From contig CP158635.1 in assembly GCA_050273025.1 (NCBI GenBank), positions 7,378,001 through 7,442,000 on the forward strand: a stretch of 64,000 nt of DNA, read 5' to 3'. This DNA is from Cenococcum geophilum (Eukaryota). The position numbers and the translations under genes are program-made. This document shows positions 1 to 12,804 of the stretch, piece after piece. How positions within the stretch are numbered: position 1 is the stretch's first letter; every line of letters starts with the position of its first letter. Under the pieces are notes generated by a model. It saw only the letters and a list, made by a program, of their open reading frames with translations, made no database searches and was not told the origin of the DNA.

Positions 1-166
1 ACTAAAAACTGGACCCAACGCCAACGAAATTCATTTCACATAAGCTTGCCCTTGAATAGTTAGCTGTTCTGCAGACGCATACGATCCCCACCACGCCTCC
101 TGCCCTTCACCGCTATTCCTATTCCCTTCAAGGGAAAGCTCCAAAATACAAAAGGAGGAACAAAAA

Positions 167-285
167 ACATACAACAGCTGGGATTCGCTAATGGTCACCC
201 ACTTAACTACTGATCAGCCGGTTACTAGCTTAAATAGGGCGGAGCGGACGGGACGCCTTGATCTCTAGTACCTATGGTCGTATGT
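167..285 (-). rRNA. 5S rRNA gene (dispersed type), 119 nt
   Basis: Reverse complement reads ACATACGACCATAGG...CCCGTCCGCTC...GGGTGACCA...GCGAATCCCAGCTGTTGTATGT, the ascomycete 5S pattern. It is followed by a T-run Pol III terminator and has a TATA-like element about 26-31 nt upstream (311-316). Confidence 0.95.
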
Positions 286-921
286 AGGAGAAAGCTGAGA
301 AGACAAATTTGATATAGGCAAAGTAAAGGAAATAGGAAGCAAGCAGGGACGGTAATTTCGCTCATTGGCATGCCAAGGAATTTTGGTTTTGGGTGCTTTA
401 TTACGTGGCTAGATGGCCCACTTCGGGATGAGTTGGTAGAACTCCGGTAAGGGGACACCCCTTCATTCAATTTCTCACTTGAATTCTACTTTCACTATTG
501 CTCTATTATTACTATTAACCCCTTGACTTATTCTTCAGTTAAATATGGAGAATGTAAAGCATCCTGCAGGCCGCTATATCTCGCTAATTTAGTAATTATA
601 TGCTGCTATTTTTATTGTAGCTGCTCTACCACCGTCATGGCAGCAGCAACGATAGAACAGTGGCGAGTAAGTCATATTTATATTATTTTTAACCTTTCAA
701 GGGGGGAGAACTAAACTTAATTCTAGGGGGTGTCCACATATCAATCATGGGGTGGCCCTTTACCGGAGCCCTTTAAGTATGGGCCCTTGACTAGCACTCA
801 TCAATGATTCAATGGAAACAATTCAATTTCCATTGTGATCTTTATTATCCTACCCACCAAACGCCATCAATGCACCACGTAGTGTTGTAGTTCTACAATA
901 TGAACGCCGTGAGACCTCCGC

Positions 922-3900
922 TTATTCTGCCATATTGCAAATATCTATCCACCTTTCGCCCCTCTGAATACCTTCCGGTCCGTCTTTCACAGGGCAGGAG
1001 TCACTATGCGGCATCCATGAATCGTTACGGTAAAGAGCCGACACCCACTCCCCGCCCATGAGCATCTTGTCTACTACACTGCTGGAAAGCCAGAAGCGCA
1101 CCCCTTGCGCAATGTCTCTAATTGTGTTAGTCCACTCGAAAACGCTGACCACAATTATTCCTTCTTCTCGTAACCTCTTATCACTCGCCGAGGAGTTTCC
1201 CGTCTCGTCGTCTAAGAGGGCTTCACGCAACGTCTTTGTGTCTTCTTTGAACAAATCGTTATTTATGAAGACGAGGACGAAATGAGGAAAGTTGTTGTAA
1301 AAATACCGAACATCCTTGAGGCAAAGGGTGTACAGGTAAATATCATGCAGACTAGGTAGACCAGGCGGAGCAAATCCAAATGGAAGTAGCGGCATCCAGA
1401 TGGTTGCTTGAGTTTGCATTTCGGCGACGAATGGCGAGACACTCATGACCCTAACTGAACGATGCTGTTTCAACTCTGAGATGGCGAGAGGGCATGAGCG
1501 GGGAGGGCGAGCATTAGTAGTGATTTTTCCGCCAAGGACGCTGGAAAGAAAGCCCCCTAACCAATGAGCAGGGTATCCTAACTCGTGTAAATGCATAATG
1601 ACACGGAAGATGGTTGTAATGTTAAGGGGGGAGTAAACCGTCTTGTCCCAAGCAGGCCCAGCGAATTTGCGGTGATAGGGAATAGTAATCTTGAGGAATA
1701 TGGTATATAGCCATTTTTCAAGTGTCGTCCGGTGAAGGAGCTCTGGGAATCTAAGCTTTTTGCTGTCCCGTCGTGTCCAGTATAGGTATTCATCGAGGGT
1801 ATAGTGTTTCATTGCATCAGGCCGTAGGCCGTGTGTTGCAGGTTCCACATTCATGATTTTTGACAACACCTGATATTCGCTTTCGCAAACATATTCGTTC
1901 ATGAATGGTTTTGGATCAGTTTGGTCTTTGAAGGCAGGATTATTTCGTAGGACGTTGGCAGTGACCCAAGAAGTGCCATGCATTTGCTTCGTGATAGGCA
2001 GCGCGTAGAGAAATGCTGTAAGAGGGCCTCCGATATAGTCCCTGCGGAGATAATTTGCTGTTAGTAAAGTGGCCTTTTGTATTGATGAAGTAGGGCAAAA
2101 ATGACTTCACATGACTATACAGTGCCTATGCTTTAGGTAAAGTACTTGCACCAATGACTAAACTAGGTAAGTATCTTTCGCAACTTTCTCGGATGCATTA
2201 GTATAGCATTCTCAGATCTCTGGAACAACCAATATTTCAGTATGCAAGAAATGTCACCTACGGAATATTGCTCAAATGTATCCGATCAAATCGCCGAGGA
2301 TATTTGTTGAGATTCAAAGCATTCAAAGATTCACTCTCACGGTGATCAGCATTGCCATACCGAAGTTGTTCCATGGTCTTTGTAAGTTCGGAGTTCATGA
2401 ATTCGATAACGAAGCGGCCCGTAAGATGGGAAATAGCTTTGGCAAGGTTGGTAAAGAAGCCGAATGCATAATCGTATAATTGTTTTGGGTGAGATGTGTT
2501 CGGCGATTCGAGTTGTCTTGCCATTACTTGAAATGGGTCATGAGTGATACTGGGTTTGTTCTCAAAGTAAAGACTAGGGAGTTGGTACTCTAGATCGGCC
2601 AAAGTTACATTTGGTCGCCATTTAACGTCGATATATTTGCATATAGCCGACGCTACCTTTTTTGACCCGTCCGATTGTCGGTAGGTAGCAATGAGAGCTT
2701 TCAAGTGAGGCTCATCCTGATCGAGAAATTTCAATGGAGGGTAAAGAAGTCCAGCATTAAGGTAGCAACGCTTTTCAACTTGACATCCATCTGGCGCTGG
2801 ATGACGGTCTTGTATCGAATTGAACTCTTCCATTGCTAATGCACGCATCCTTGATGTTGGCCATGCATCTGCAGTGTCGTTTTGCCAGGATTCGAGGGCA
2901 GTGATCAGAGCCTGTCTGTCCTGTTCATAGATACAGATCCATTCAGGAACGTCCTCATAGCCCTCCAACATCCTGAGAGCATATGAAATAGTCTCCTGAA
3001 GTTGTTCATACGCATATGGTGGCATCACGGGCGCGACGAACGCATAGAAGGCCGTTGCTATTATTCTCTGAGTTTTTCCCGAAGAGAATTTGTTGGTCAG
3101 CGAGAGACGGTGTAGAAGGAGCAGGATGACGAGCAACCTAGCAAGGCTCTTGGCCTTTAGTTCGACACAAGTGAAGTGCCATCGGCGCCGAGGAAGTTCG
3201 TCAATGCTCAAGCTGTACTCTGCTTCTGCAATGCTTGTCAAAGTAGCATACAAATGTCTAGCATCGCCAATGCCCCCAAAGAGAAAAGATAGTGTTTCTT
3301 TAGGCCCGGACATGAATATGAGAGGAACATCAACTTGCGGAGTTGCGTCGTCGTGGCCGACATTGTAGTACTCGGGGAAATCTTGCCTGAGGTTGTTAGC
3401 GATTCCCAATGTATAAAAGGGTTGGCAGGTCACAATGGAGTTGTGCAGTGTGTTAGTCTCAAGGACGTCCAGACTCTTTGGCGATTTGAAGTTATTCGAG
3501 ACACTCTATCAGCGCTGATTTCCCACCGATATGGCCAGAAACAACTCCAAATAGTAAGACAATAGAGCGACTTGTATGAGTATTTTGTGAGTGACCCGAA
3601 GAGCTGAATCTTTAGATATCATCGGTAATGATGTTAGAGTTTAGATGTAAAATTAACTCACATCATGGGCAAATATCGAGGCAACGAGTTAATAATTTTC
3701 ATCCTATAATTAGATGTGTCTCCCACGTGTTCAAGCGTACTGTTGGCGTGTTCAACGGCTTCAACCATAGCGCGATCCTGGTGTTCCGAGGAGTCGAGGA
3801 CTTCTGCCGCTTCCTTATAGCGGCGGCGCAAGACGTATGCCTTAGCCAATCGTGTTTGCAGACGGGATTTCAAAGGATCAGACCGTGAATGCAGTAACGT

Positions 3901-4198
3901 AAGGGCATACTGAGCTGTCTTGATTGATTCGCGGTAATCTCCAACTTCAAAGTGAGTGGCACTCAAGTTAGAAAGCGGGCGTGGGTCCTCCGGCGCGGTG
4001 GCACACGCGTCCCGATATGCGTCGATAGCTGCTCAACAATGTAAGATAATCCTCCTTCAGTCTTAAGTGGAGCTGTAAATGATTACCTTCGAGCAATTTC
4101 CCGCCTTTGTAAAGCCCATTCCCGCGTTCACGGTGACAAGTTGCGAATTGCTCATTCTGCATCTCAGCGGGAGGGCTTTCAGCAGTTGCTTCCGGCAT
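922..4198 (-). CDS. Multi-exon TPR-repeat + DUF4470-like protein
   Basis: ORF pieces 3968-4198, 3658-3966, 2258-3433 and 922-1983 join through GT-AG introns (e.g. 4086-4029; ~2262-2043). N-terminal TPR (RERGNGLYKGG...AIDAY...SNLSATHFEVGDY); motifs EYYNVGHD, FGGIGDARHLYATL and FDRIHLSNIP-DYIGG. The middle exon boundaries near 3400-3660 are not resolved. Confidence 0.8.
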
Positions 4199-5394
4199 GA
4201 CGGCAATTCGAGAAGCACCAGCTTCGAGAAGGGTAGACGGTCCTGAGGGGTTTCAGTACGCTTAACAAGGAATATTTTTGCTCAATTGACTGACGGTACA
4301 ACTGATGGTGAAGAGTGAGGGTGACATGGTCTGACGGGAGTGAGAGACAGCACAGAAAATATCAGAATGAAAAGTCGGTCAAGGACGCAAAGGATGTGGC
4401 GCGTTTAGATACGTCAGCACGCAATCTCGTGACTTTTGCCTTGGCATAAGCCACAGTCTCAGCTCTCCGTTAACTACTGTAGAACGGAAAGCATTGAAGA
4501 CGATATTGCTGTGCATGAAGTTCGAACTCCAGCTTATGTCAGATTGTGAAAATATTCTGGTTGGATTTTCCGTTTTGCATGCAAGTAGCACCTTGACTGC
4601 TTGGCGGCTGAATATCCTTCAGCTCTTTCACCGGAAAATTTCTGACTCGCTTGTGGGGCTGGGTTTCCAGGCGCATCGCAGACGGAACTCTAAACCCGCA
4701 AGAGTCAGTCTTGATTCTGGAAATGCTCTTTCAGCTCGAGAGCTTCGAACTCACTCTAAATGCCGTAGGCCGATCCCTAAGGTTTCGTGGCTTAGATGTA
4801 GAGAGGAACATCGCTGCGAACGTGTTCGTCAGGGACTGTCTGCGCGAATTTAATATTTCCCTAACTTAACACATTTAGAAAATAAATACCTCTGCCTGGT
4901 CCTGGAACTTTGCAACCTCCCTGGTTCTCTCTATCACGAGGAAGATGGAATCGATGTTATTCTTAGAAACGACAAGAAGTGGCGCACACCATCCTGATCT
5001 CCTAGGCCCAGCGTGCGTCAATCCTTGCGGGATAAGCTCTGTAACGCAGATTTGGTATTCGGATGATGCTTTTGAGATCCCCGATCCAAGGATGGCGAAA
5101 GGACGAAGAAATATTGTACGCCCACGTTTGTTGTTTCACGAACAAAGCAAATATCGGATTTCTCGTTTTCGTTGTCTTGGCATGCTTCGTGGCATATCCA
5201 CCATTGACGACCATTGGCTCCCACGCTGATCAACCTCGTAAGGCAGACCGCAACCCTCGCGGAGCCGATCAACGTCAAGTCAATGAACGCAAAATCTGTA
5301 TTAACTCCTAAATCTCACTGTCTCTTTTAGTCTAAACTCATGGATATTCTCTCATGCTCTTATAGAATCCTTCGTTAACAATTCTGCTTCCCAA

Positions 5395-7173
5395 ATGGGG
5401 CTTTTCCGTGCTCCCCATATTTTCATCATTCTTGCTTCCCTAGTGCTCCAGGGTCTTTGCGTACCTCATCATAGTCTTTCTTCGCATCCGCTTACCTCTG
5501 CTCTCCAACCGTCATCTCCTTATCTCCAATTTGAAAGAAGAAGCAATGCTACCCAGATTCCCTATGGCTTTAACGGCAATCCGGATACCTACGGTGTGGG
5601 CATACGTCTCGGCTATTACACCCAGGCTTTGTCTGTCTGGGCTGCGAATCTCTGGGTACCACGCGAAGCGCACTTCCTCCACAGCGTTAACATTCTCTTT
5701 ATCATTGCCATGATCATTGGAATTGGTTACTTATCCCATGACCCTGCGAACATATATGCGGTCGAACCATATATGCTATTGCAAATTTCATACTGCATCG
5801 CTTACATAGGCACCAAAGACTTCCAGGAGATCTCTATCAGCCATCGACTTATGGGGGACCTCAGCTTCTTAGGGCTCGATGGGTATAGCTTTTACTTCTG
5901 GTGGGGTGGCGTAGATAAGATGATGCCCACCCCAGGTCCACAAGGGGCGGGCACTCCGGTGTGGTGGCTCACTCAATGTGACCTTTATGGTTGGGTGAGA
6001 ACCGCTGCCAAAGTAGCCATAATACCATACATATGTTATGGAGCGTGTAGGCTCTGCTCAACAACGATATACGCCCGGGAGAGCCGGAATTTCTATCGAG
6101 CTACTCGAGGTAAATTTTATGTTGATTTGAGGGAAGAGCTTCAGAGATATCTGGACGATTTAAAGACAGTGCGTTTGGTCGGGCCCACTCCTCGGCTGCT
6201 AACTGAGGAGAAAACTACAGTAGAGCGCCCAGAGTTCAAGAGCTATCTTCGCGTCCCAGTAAGCGATATGGAAAATTTAGGTACAACTAGAAATACTCTG
6301 GAGCTCGACCATTCGATCAGAAGACGCTCGCGGTCATTGATTACTCTGCGAAGCAAGAAAAGCCTCGACTCTCGCTCCCCGTCTCCAATATCATTCGACT
6401 TCAGCATACACTCTGCCGTTGAGGGTGTCGATACCAACTCTCAGGGTCTACCATCAAAAACGTACGATCCACCCGATCCGACGAATCCAGTATCAGGTCT
6501 CCAAGACCAGGGCCATAAAACTTTGGTGCCAATTCCAAGCTTCTCCGAGCTTTACGCCACAGAATTCTATACTCTTAGCCTACTCCCAAATACCCAACCA
6601 CCCCCCTGTTCGTCAATGTCGATGCTAACGCATCCGTTCCGATCTTGTCACCCAATTATCCTCTTATTCCATAATTCTGTCACCACTATCCATCCTCTTG
6701 CGTGGTACCAGCCTCCAATCCTTGTCCTCCGGACCACCATTCGTCCATACCACTCCCATCCCTTGCCGCTTCATCTCTTCCTCATCACCCTCTTTCATCG
6801 TACCCATATGCCGCCACCACGACTCTCTAAAGCAACAAGGGTGTTAGGGCCTGTCCTAGGACTCTTGGTTGTGAGTCTGCTTGTTATAGCCGCCGAGTTA
6901 ACAATTCAGTGGAATTGCATCAGAGGCGTGCAGAAGCTAGGAAACGTTGGGCAGTTGGTGCCGGCTTGTGTTGGTATCGGTGGGCTAGTGAGGGTTATTT
7001 GGGGATGCATGCAATTGGCCTTTGGCAAGGAGGAGGCTGGATGGAATGGTGAGGCTAGGAGGAAGGATAGGGATAGGACGGGAAAGGATAATTTGTTAAT
7101 CCAGGTTGCCGAGCTATATTTTCGAGCAAAGGAGGAAACGGAGATGTTAGGTGGAGAAGGAGGGGAGACTTAG
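5395..7173 (+). CDS. Uncharacterised fungal integral membrane protein (592 aa)
   Basis: Single ORF with a signal-like N-terminus, the motif NPDTYGVGIRLGYYTQ, several hydrophobic segments and C-terminal AELTIQWN...GQLVP, a pattern common in Pezizomycotina membrane proteins. Confidence 0.75.
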   Translation: MGLFRAPHIFIILASLVLQGLCVPHHSLSSHPLTSALQPSSPYLQFERRSNATQIPYGFNGNPDTYGVGIRLGYYTQALSVWAANLWVPREAHFLHSVNILFIIAMIIGIGYLSHDPANIYAVEPYMLLQISYCIAYIGTKDFQEISISHRLMGDLSFLGLDGYSFYFWWGGVDKMMPTPGPQGAGTPVWWLTQCDLYGWVRTAAKVAIIPYICYGACRLCSTTIYARESRNFYRATRGKFYVDLREELQRYLDDLKTVRLVGPTPRLLTEEKTTVERPEFKSYLRVPVSDMENLGTTRNTLELDHSIRRRSRSLITLRSKKSLDSRSPSPISFDFSIHSAVEGVDTNSQGLPSKTYDPPDPTNPVSGLQDQGHKTLVPIPSFSELYATEFYTLSLLPNTQPPPCSSMSMLTHPFRSCHPIILLFHNSVTTIHPLAWYQPPILVLRTTIRPYHSHPLPLHLFLITLFHRTHMPPPRLSKATRVLGPVLGLLVVSLLVIAAELTIQWNCIRGVQKLGNVGQLVPACVGIGGLVRVIWGCMQLAFGKEEAGWNGEARRKDRDRTGKDNLLIQVAELYFRAKEETEMLGGEGGET

Positions 7174-10100
7174 CTTCAGTGGCTGAGGGTACTTGGGGAA
7201 TGCGACCGGAGCCAAATGAGCGTGCTTTCGTATAAGATGAATCCTAACTTTGCGGGATACCTAAAGGATATAAATTTATACTCCAAGGCAAGCGGAGGTA
7301 ATACTTCGTTGCTTTCGACTGGTTAGGTTTTAGAAGCTCGAAGGGTGACCATTCCCACAAACCATCATTTCACAAACTAGGCAAATTAGTTCTTCTCGCA
7401 TCTCTTGTTATATGTATCTTTGTGGCCTTATATTCTTATATTCTCTACACTCAAGGATCACACGTTTGTCTAGGCGCTCTTTTCAACTCATTTACCGTGA
7501 ACTACCTGCATAGTGAAACAGAAGAATTGCATCAAACCTTCCGCAGAGTAGCGGTTTGGGTATTGCTTGTGGTGCTCGGAAGAATTTTATGAGAATACAA
7601 ACATTGACCCCTTGACTGGTATATTGATGTATTTGAGAATTGTGGGCTGCGATTATCCTAATAAAATATAGATTTTGTGCACTGCAAAATTATGGAAATA
7701 AAGATATATAAATCTTGTCTGCTAATTAGGGATTGAGGTTCGAATTCTCCTTCCGAAAATAGGAGGAGTGCAATGGACAATTAATGGACCGACATGCTGG
7801 TTAGTTAATTGTTCCCAGTCAATAAAGATAAGCGGAATGCTTGAAATGTCCTCTAACGGCGACGTTCAAGTTACTTGGTTTGACCTTCTCTACCTATTTT
7901 GGGACTAACACATCTAAGTATTTGCCGGATCCTCGGCTTTTACAACGAAAGTCTTATTGGGTCAGCCATATGTTCTAGCATGCATACGGCTCTTTAAACA
8001 GGCAGAGAACCACATACCCCTAGCGATCCTTGTTGTAGGTGCATCAGTTTTTTGTCTGTTTAAGCTTTGATTCGTCTTGAGTCGATTGTTTATAGAACCT
8101 ATAACTGGTTATACTAACTTTAGATTTAGACTGTGAATTTTTTTTAGCATTAAAGTATACCTAGGTTTTAGGAAAGGAAACAAGCTTTTTTAAGTATGAT
8201 TTTAATTAACTTATCTAGGTGAACACATATTAGGTCAGAATTTTTTATTGAGGGGTGTACGTGTAGTACAATTAATCGGTATAAAGTTGGATCTAGAAAA
8301 GTGATATAGGGCTAGCAAGGCTTAGTATAGTGTTTCGTCAGCCCAGGCAGAAAGTCACGGAGGCTAAGAGAAAGAGATACGTGGGGAAGCGAAGGAGGCA
8401 TTAAGAGTAAGGATGAAAAACCTAATTAGGGGCGACAGGTGACCAGGTATCGGAGGTCCGGGTTAAGCTTGGCGTAACCTCGGGTTACGTACAAGCCCCC
8501 CTAGGGGACGGCCCCTACTTTTCGGACGCGTTTTTAAGGCCTAGGTTAGTATAGAGGGCTTATTACGCGCCTTTAACCTTATTATCGTCTTAATAATCTA
8601 TTTTCTAACCCTCTTCTATTTTTATACCTATACTAGCTCGCGTAGGACTTTTAATTATATATAAAGGCCTGTTATAATTCTAATTCTATAATATAGAGCG
8701 CTTTTCTTCTCCTTTAGTATTTATACGTTTAATAGCTTTATTTACTCGCGCCGCACTTATACATCTGACCCCTTACCTCTTATAGATATAGAGTTTTTTT
8801 TAATAAAAAAATCACCCTTAGTCTACTTTATGGTTAAAGGAAGCCCCCCAGCCTTTTAAGCGAATTTAAGGCTTAAATAGCGCGGCTATAGAGTATTTAT
8901 AAGGCCTAATGCTTAAAGAATACTACAAGAGCGTATAAGCTAAAGTAGAAAGAGTAGAAAGCCTAATATATAAGACTAAAAGGTAATATAAATAGCGCCT
9001 AGGTAATAGAAGATAAGCTATTAAAAATATATAAGTTAAAATAAAAAAAGAGGGAAAAGATAGCTAAGTAGGCGAGAAGGTAGCTAGGCGAGAAGGTAGC
9101 TAGGGGAGAAGGTAACTAGGGGAGAAGGTATTTATAGGAATAGCGGTAGCTATAGGAGTAGCAGTAGCTATAGAGGAGAAAGCTATAAAGGGAAAAAAAG
9201 GGGGGATATAAAATAAGAGATATATATAGGGGACCTAGGTTAGAGCCCTAGGACAAGATACCTAGTTTTATAATAGTTTAAATTCGCTCCGCTATTTCTT
9301 TAGGATAGAAATTATACTATAAATAGGAGGATTATAGGTGTATATGTATATAGAGCATTTAAATAGGAATAAGGGTAGGTATATAAGACCTTACGGCAAT
9401 TTTATAGCAATCTATAATTAAGCGGAAGTATAGTATAAATAGTAAATAGGACAACGTAGGTAATTAGGATACTCTCTTATAGAAGTTTTAGAGCAGCGAC
9501 TTAATGGTATTTTTCCTCCCATTAATATAGTATAGGTGTTACCTAAAGGGATATATACTATATTACCACTTACGTCTTCCTTAGAGGTTTTTTATGCCTA
9601 ACTTAACGGAATTTATCTATATAGATCTAGATAGGGACTAGATTAGATATTAATTAAAAATAAATATAATAATTAATAGGGAGACTGTTAGCGACTTAGT
9701 TAATTAAGGCACAAGCACGGCAAGAGGGACGCGTAGCCTATACGATTGGTAGTTTATAAACGAGGATCTAAAGCTAAAGAAAGGAAAGGAGACGGAGGGC
9801 AGCGCCGCTTAACATTATATACAATCCTCTGGTTACGTAACGGCAATTATTTAAAACTATATAAAACTGTCTACGACTGTCCGCTATAATCCACTAATAT
9901 CTATTAGCCATAATCTACCAGTTTCCACTAGCGCCGTAACATTACCCCCCCTCTAAAAAAAGCCTACCCTTAGGCTTTATACGTCCGTATTATGTCTATA
10001 GGGTATTCTTATCTTTATGCTTAATAGGCAGCTTATTATCTTTGCTATTCTAGCACTTTATTTACTTATTAAGGTACTTTAAGGGTCTGGGTTTATTAGG

Positions 10101-12336
10101 GTAACAATTATAAAACTTTTAAAGCTTATAGGGACTACCTATAAAGTTCTATATAGGGTACTAAGTGGGGTCTAGGTTATACCCTTTCCAACTAATATAA
10201 TATTTTAACGTTCCCCTTATAAGCTTATAGGCTAGTATTTCTTTAATTTCTTATTTATTATTGCCATTAACTTAGATTAGTAGGGGAGGTTTATTCTTTT
10301 ATCTAGGTAATAGGTTGTTTATGGCTTTCTATAGTTTATCCGGAGAGAAAATAGGGTAAACTTTAATTAAATCTGGGAGCTTTACTTTATACGAGTTACC
10401 TATCTTCTTAAGAACCTTATACAGTCCTGTTATCTAATAGTTTAGCTTATAGCTAGGTTATTTTATCTTTTAGTTCTTTATTATAACCCAGACTATATTT
10501 CTTATAGTAAAGTTAGGCTCTCGCCTATACTTATTTGCCTACTATTATATTAATTTCTAGGCCTTTTCTAAATTTATACGGGCTACTGTCTAGGCTTCTT
10601 TTAAGCGCTTAGCGTACTGCCGTGCTTTCTTATAAGATGGTCTTTTGTATATAGTCTGGGGTCCTTTTAGTCTTTCCTAGTTAAAGCTTATATAGGGTAA
10701 GTAACCCATTTCTAGTTAAATAGGGGCAAATCCTGTAGAGTTATGGGGTAGGGTCGCTTAGGCATAGTCTATTAGGGGTAGTAGTTTAGCCTAGTTATCT
10801 TAGAAGTAGTTAATAAAGGGCTAAAGTCTCTAATCTAAGTATTAATTTATAATTTCCGTCAAACTATTTATTTAGGGGTGGTATACTATAGAAAGCTTTA
10901 GCTTAATACCTAAGATCCAGGTAAACTTATTCTAGAAAGCCAATATAAATTGCGGCCTATAATTAGATATAATAGTATTTAGTAGACTGTAGATTTAGTA
11001 GACATAGTAGATATATAGTTAGGCCGCTTCTTTAGCATTAATATTTTTATAATATAGGATTAAGAACGGGCGCTTACTAAAGCGGTTAACTAGAATTATA
11101 ACTATATTGTATCCGTTACGGTCTATAGGTAGCTTATAAAAGTCTATAGAGATATACTACTAGGGGCGTTCTAGTATTAAGAGTGGTTTTAATAGTCCTA
11201 AGGTTTTGTCTTATAGGATTATAAATTTACGGCAGCTATCGCAGTTCCGTATATAATGGTTGACGTTTATAACTATTCTGAGCCAGTAGTAGCGGTCGCT
11301 AATAATCCTATAGGTCTTATTTTTTCTAAGGTAGGCTATAGAGACCTAGGTATACACTTCGGCAATAAGCTAAGTCCGCAAGTCTATTTTTAAGGGATTA
11401 TAGGCTAGTAACGTTCTTTACCTTTTTACGGTACTCCTATAGAGAAGGGGCCGTACAGTTTTCCTACAGTAGTTTATTAATAAGGTTAAGTTTTAGGGAG
11501 TTAATAGGGTATATCTTAGCTTTTAAAGATTCTATATTTAGTTCTGCTTATATTTAAAGGTTAAGGTATTCTAGTTATAATAGCGTCTGGGTCTATAATA
11601 AGATCTTTATAGCCATCTAGTTATCTAGGTCTTATTTACGCCTTATAAGAGTGTCTATACGGTTTATAGCGTCTAGTCTATATATAATTAAGAAGTTAAA
11701 CTAAGATAGGGTATCCGCCTAGCGTGCCTACTAGGCTATAAGGGCCTTAGTTATTATAAAGTATTCTAGGGCCTTATAATCTAAAACTACCTTAATTAGC
11801 TTAGGGGTCCCCTTTAGCTATATACACTAGTACTAAAAGCTAGAGATAATAGCCAGCATTTCTTTATTATAGATATAGTAGTTTAGCTCGGTATCTATTA
11901 TAGTCTTTAAATAGTATATAATAAGGTGCTATTCTCCGTCCGGTTACTTCTAGGAAAAAATACTAGCTATTACGCTGTTTAAGGCATCAGTTTCTAGTAT
12001 TAAGGGCCATTTTAGGTTAAAATAGGTAAGTAGGGGAGTTAATACTAGCTGTTTTTTAAGCTTATTAAAGGCCTGCCTATATATAGCGTTAAAGTAGAAG
12101 GGCTGGTCTTTTCTAGTAAAACGGTTAAGAGGCTAGGTAATTCTACTATAGTTCTTAATAAAGCGTTAGTAGAAGTTATAAAACCCTAAAAATAATTATA
12201 CCCCCTTTATAGTCTATAGGGGTGCCCACTAGTTAATTACGGCCGTTTTCTCTAGGTTGGCTTTAATTATGTTTATACTAATAATAAAACCTAGGTACTT
12301 TATATACTTAACACTAAACTCTAACTTCTTAATATT

Positions 12337-12584
12337 TGTCACGGGACTCACACGTTCTCACGTCCCTGCGCGTTTTGACGTTCTTGACCCGTGCTCACGT
12401 TCGTCCCAAAACACCTACGCACGTTCCCCTACAACCCCTATTTATACCCGTACCTAACCTATTCTGTTCTATTTTGCATCCAAATGTCTTTATATTAACT
12501 ACGCATAGTTACGCGTACGTAGCCTTCTTTAATTACTACCCCGTTTAGTATATTGTATTCTAGCTCGTACCTACTTCCGTAACA
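12337..12584. mobile_element. Solo LTR (family C), 248 bp, inserted in the pol region of Gypsy A
   Basis: TGTCAC...GTAACA ends with a perfect 5-bp TSD ATATT (12332-12336 / 12585-12589). Confidence 0.9.
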
Positions 12585-12804
12585 ATATTAACCTAAAGGC
12601 TAGCCTTATAGAGCCGTTATAAGACTTTATAAACGTACTCCTTATATTCTAGCTCGTTCTTAAAGTAGATTATAATATTATCTAAATAGGCCGTATAGAA
12701 GTTATTAAGGTAGTTAAAAAGTATATCGTTTATATACCGCTAATACGTAGCTAGTCCATTAGTTAGTCTAAAAGGGAGTACCTTATATTTATATATTCCG
12801 TAAT

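Noticed and set aside
225..470. 81-aa ORF
   Set aside because: It overlaps the 5S rRNA gene and its promoter; no coding support.
4379..5311. Cluster of short overlapping ORFs between two divergent genes
   Set aside because: No recognisable motif or consistent splice model; probably intergenic, though a decayed gene cannot be excluded.
167..8450. Starship giant element inserted at the 5S gene
   Set aside because: The 5S gene is uninterrupted and no DUF3435 captain-like ORF is recognisable in the window.
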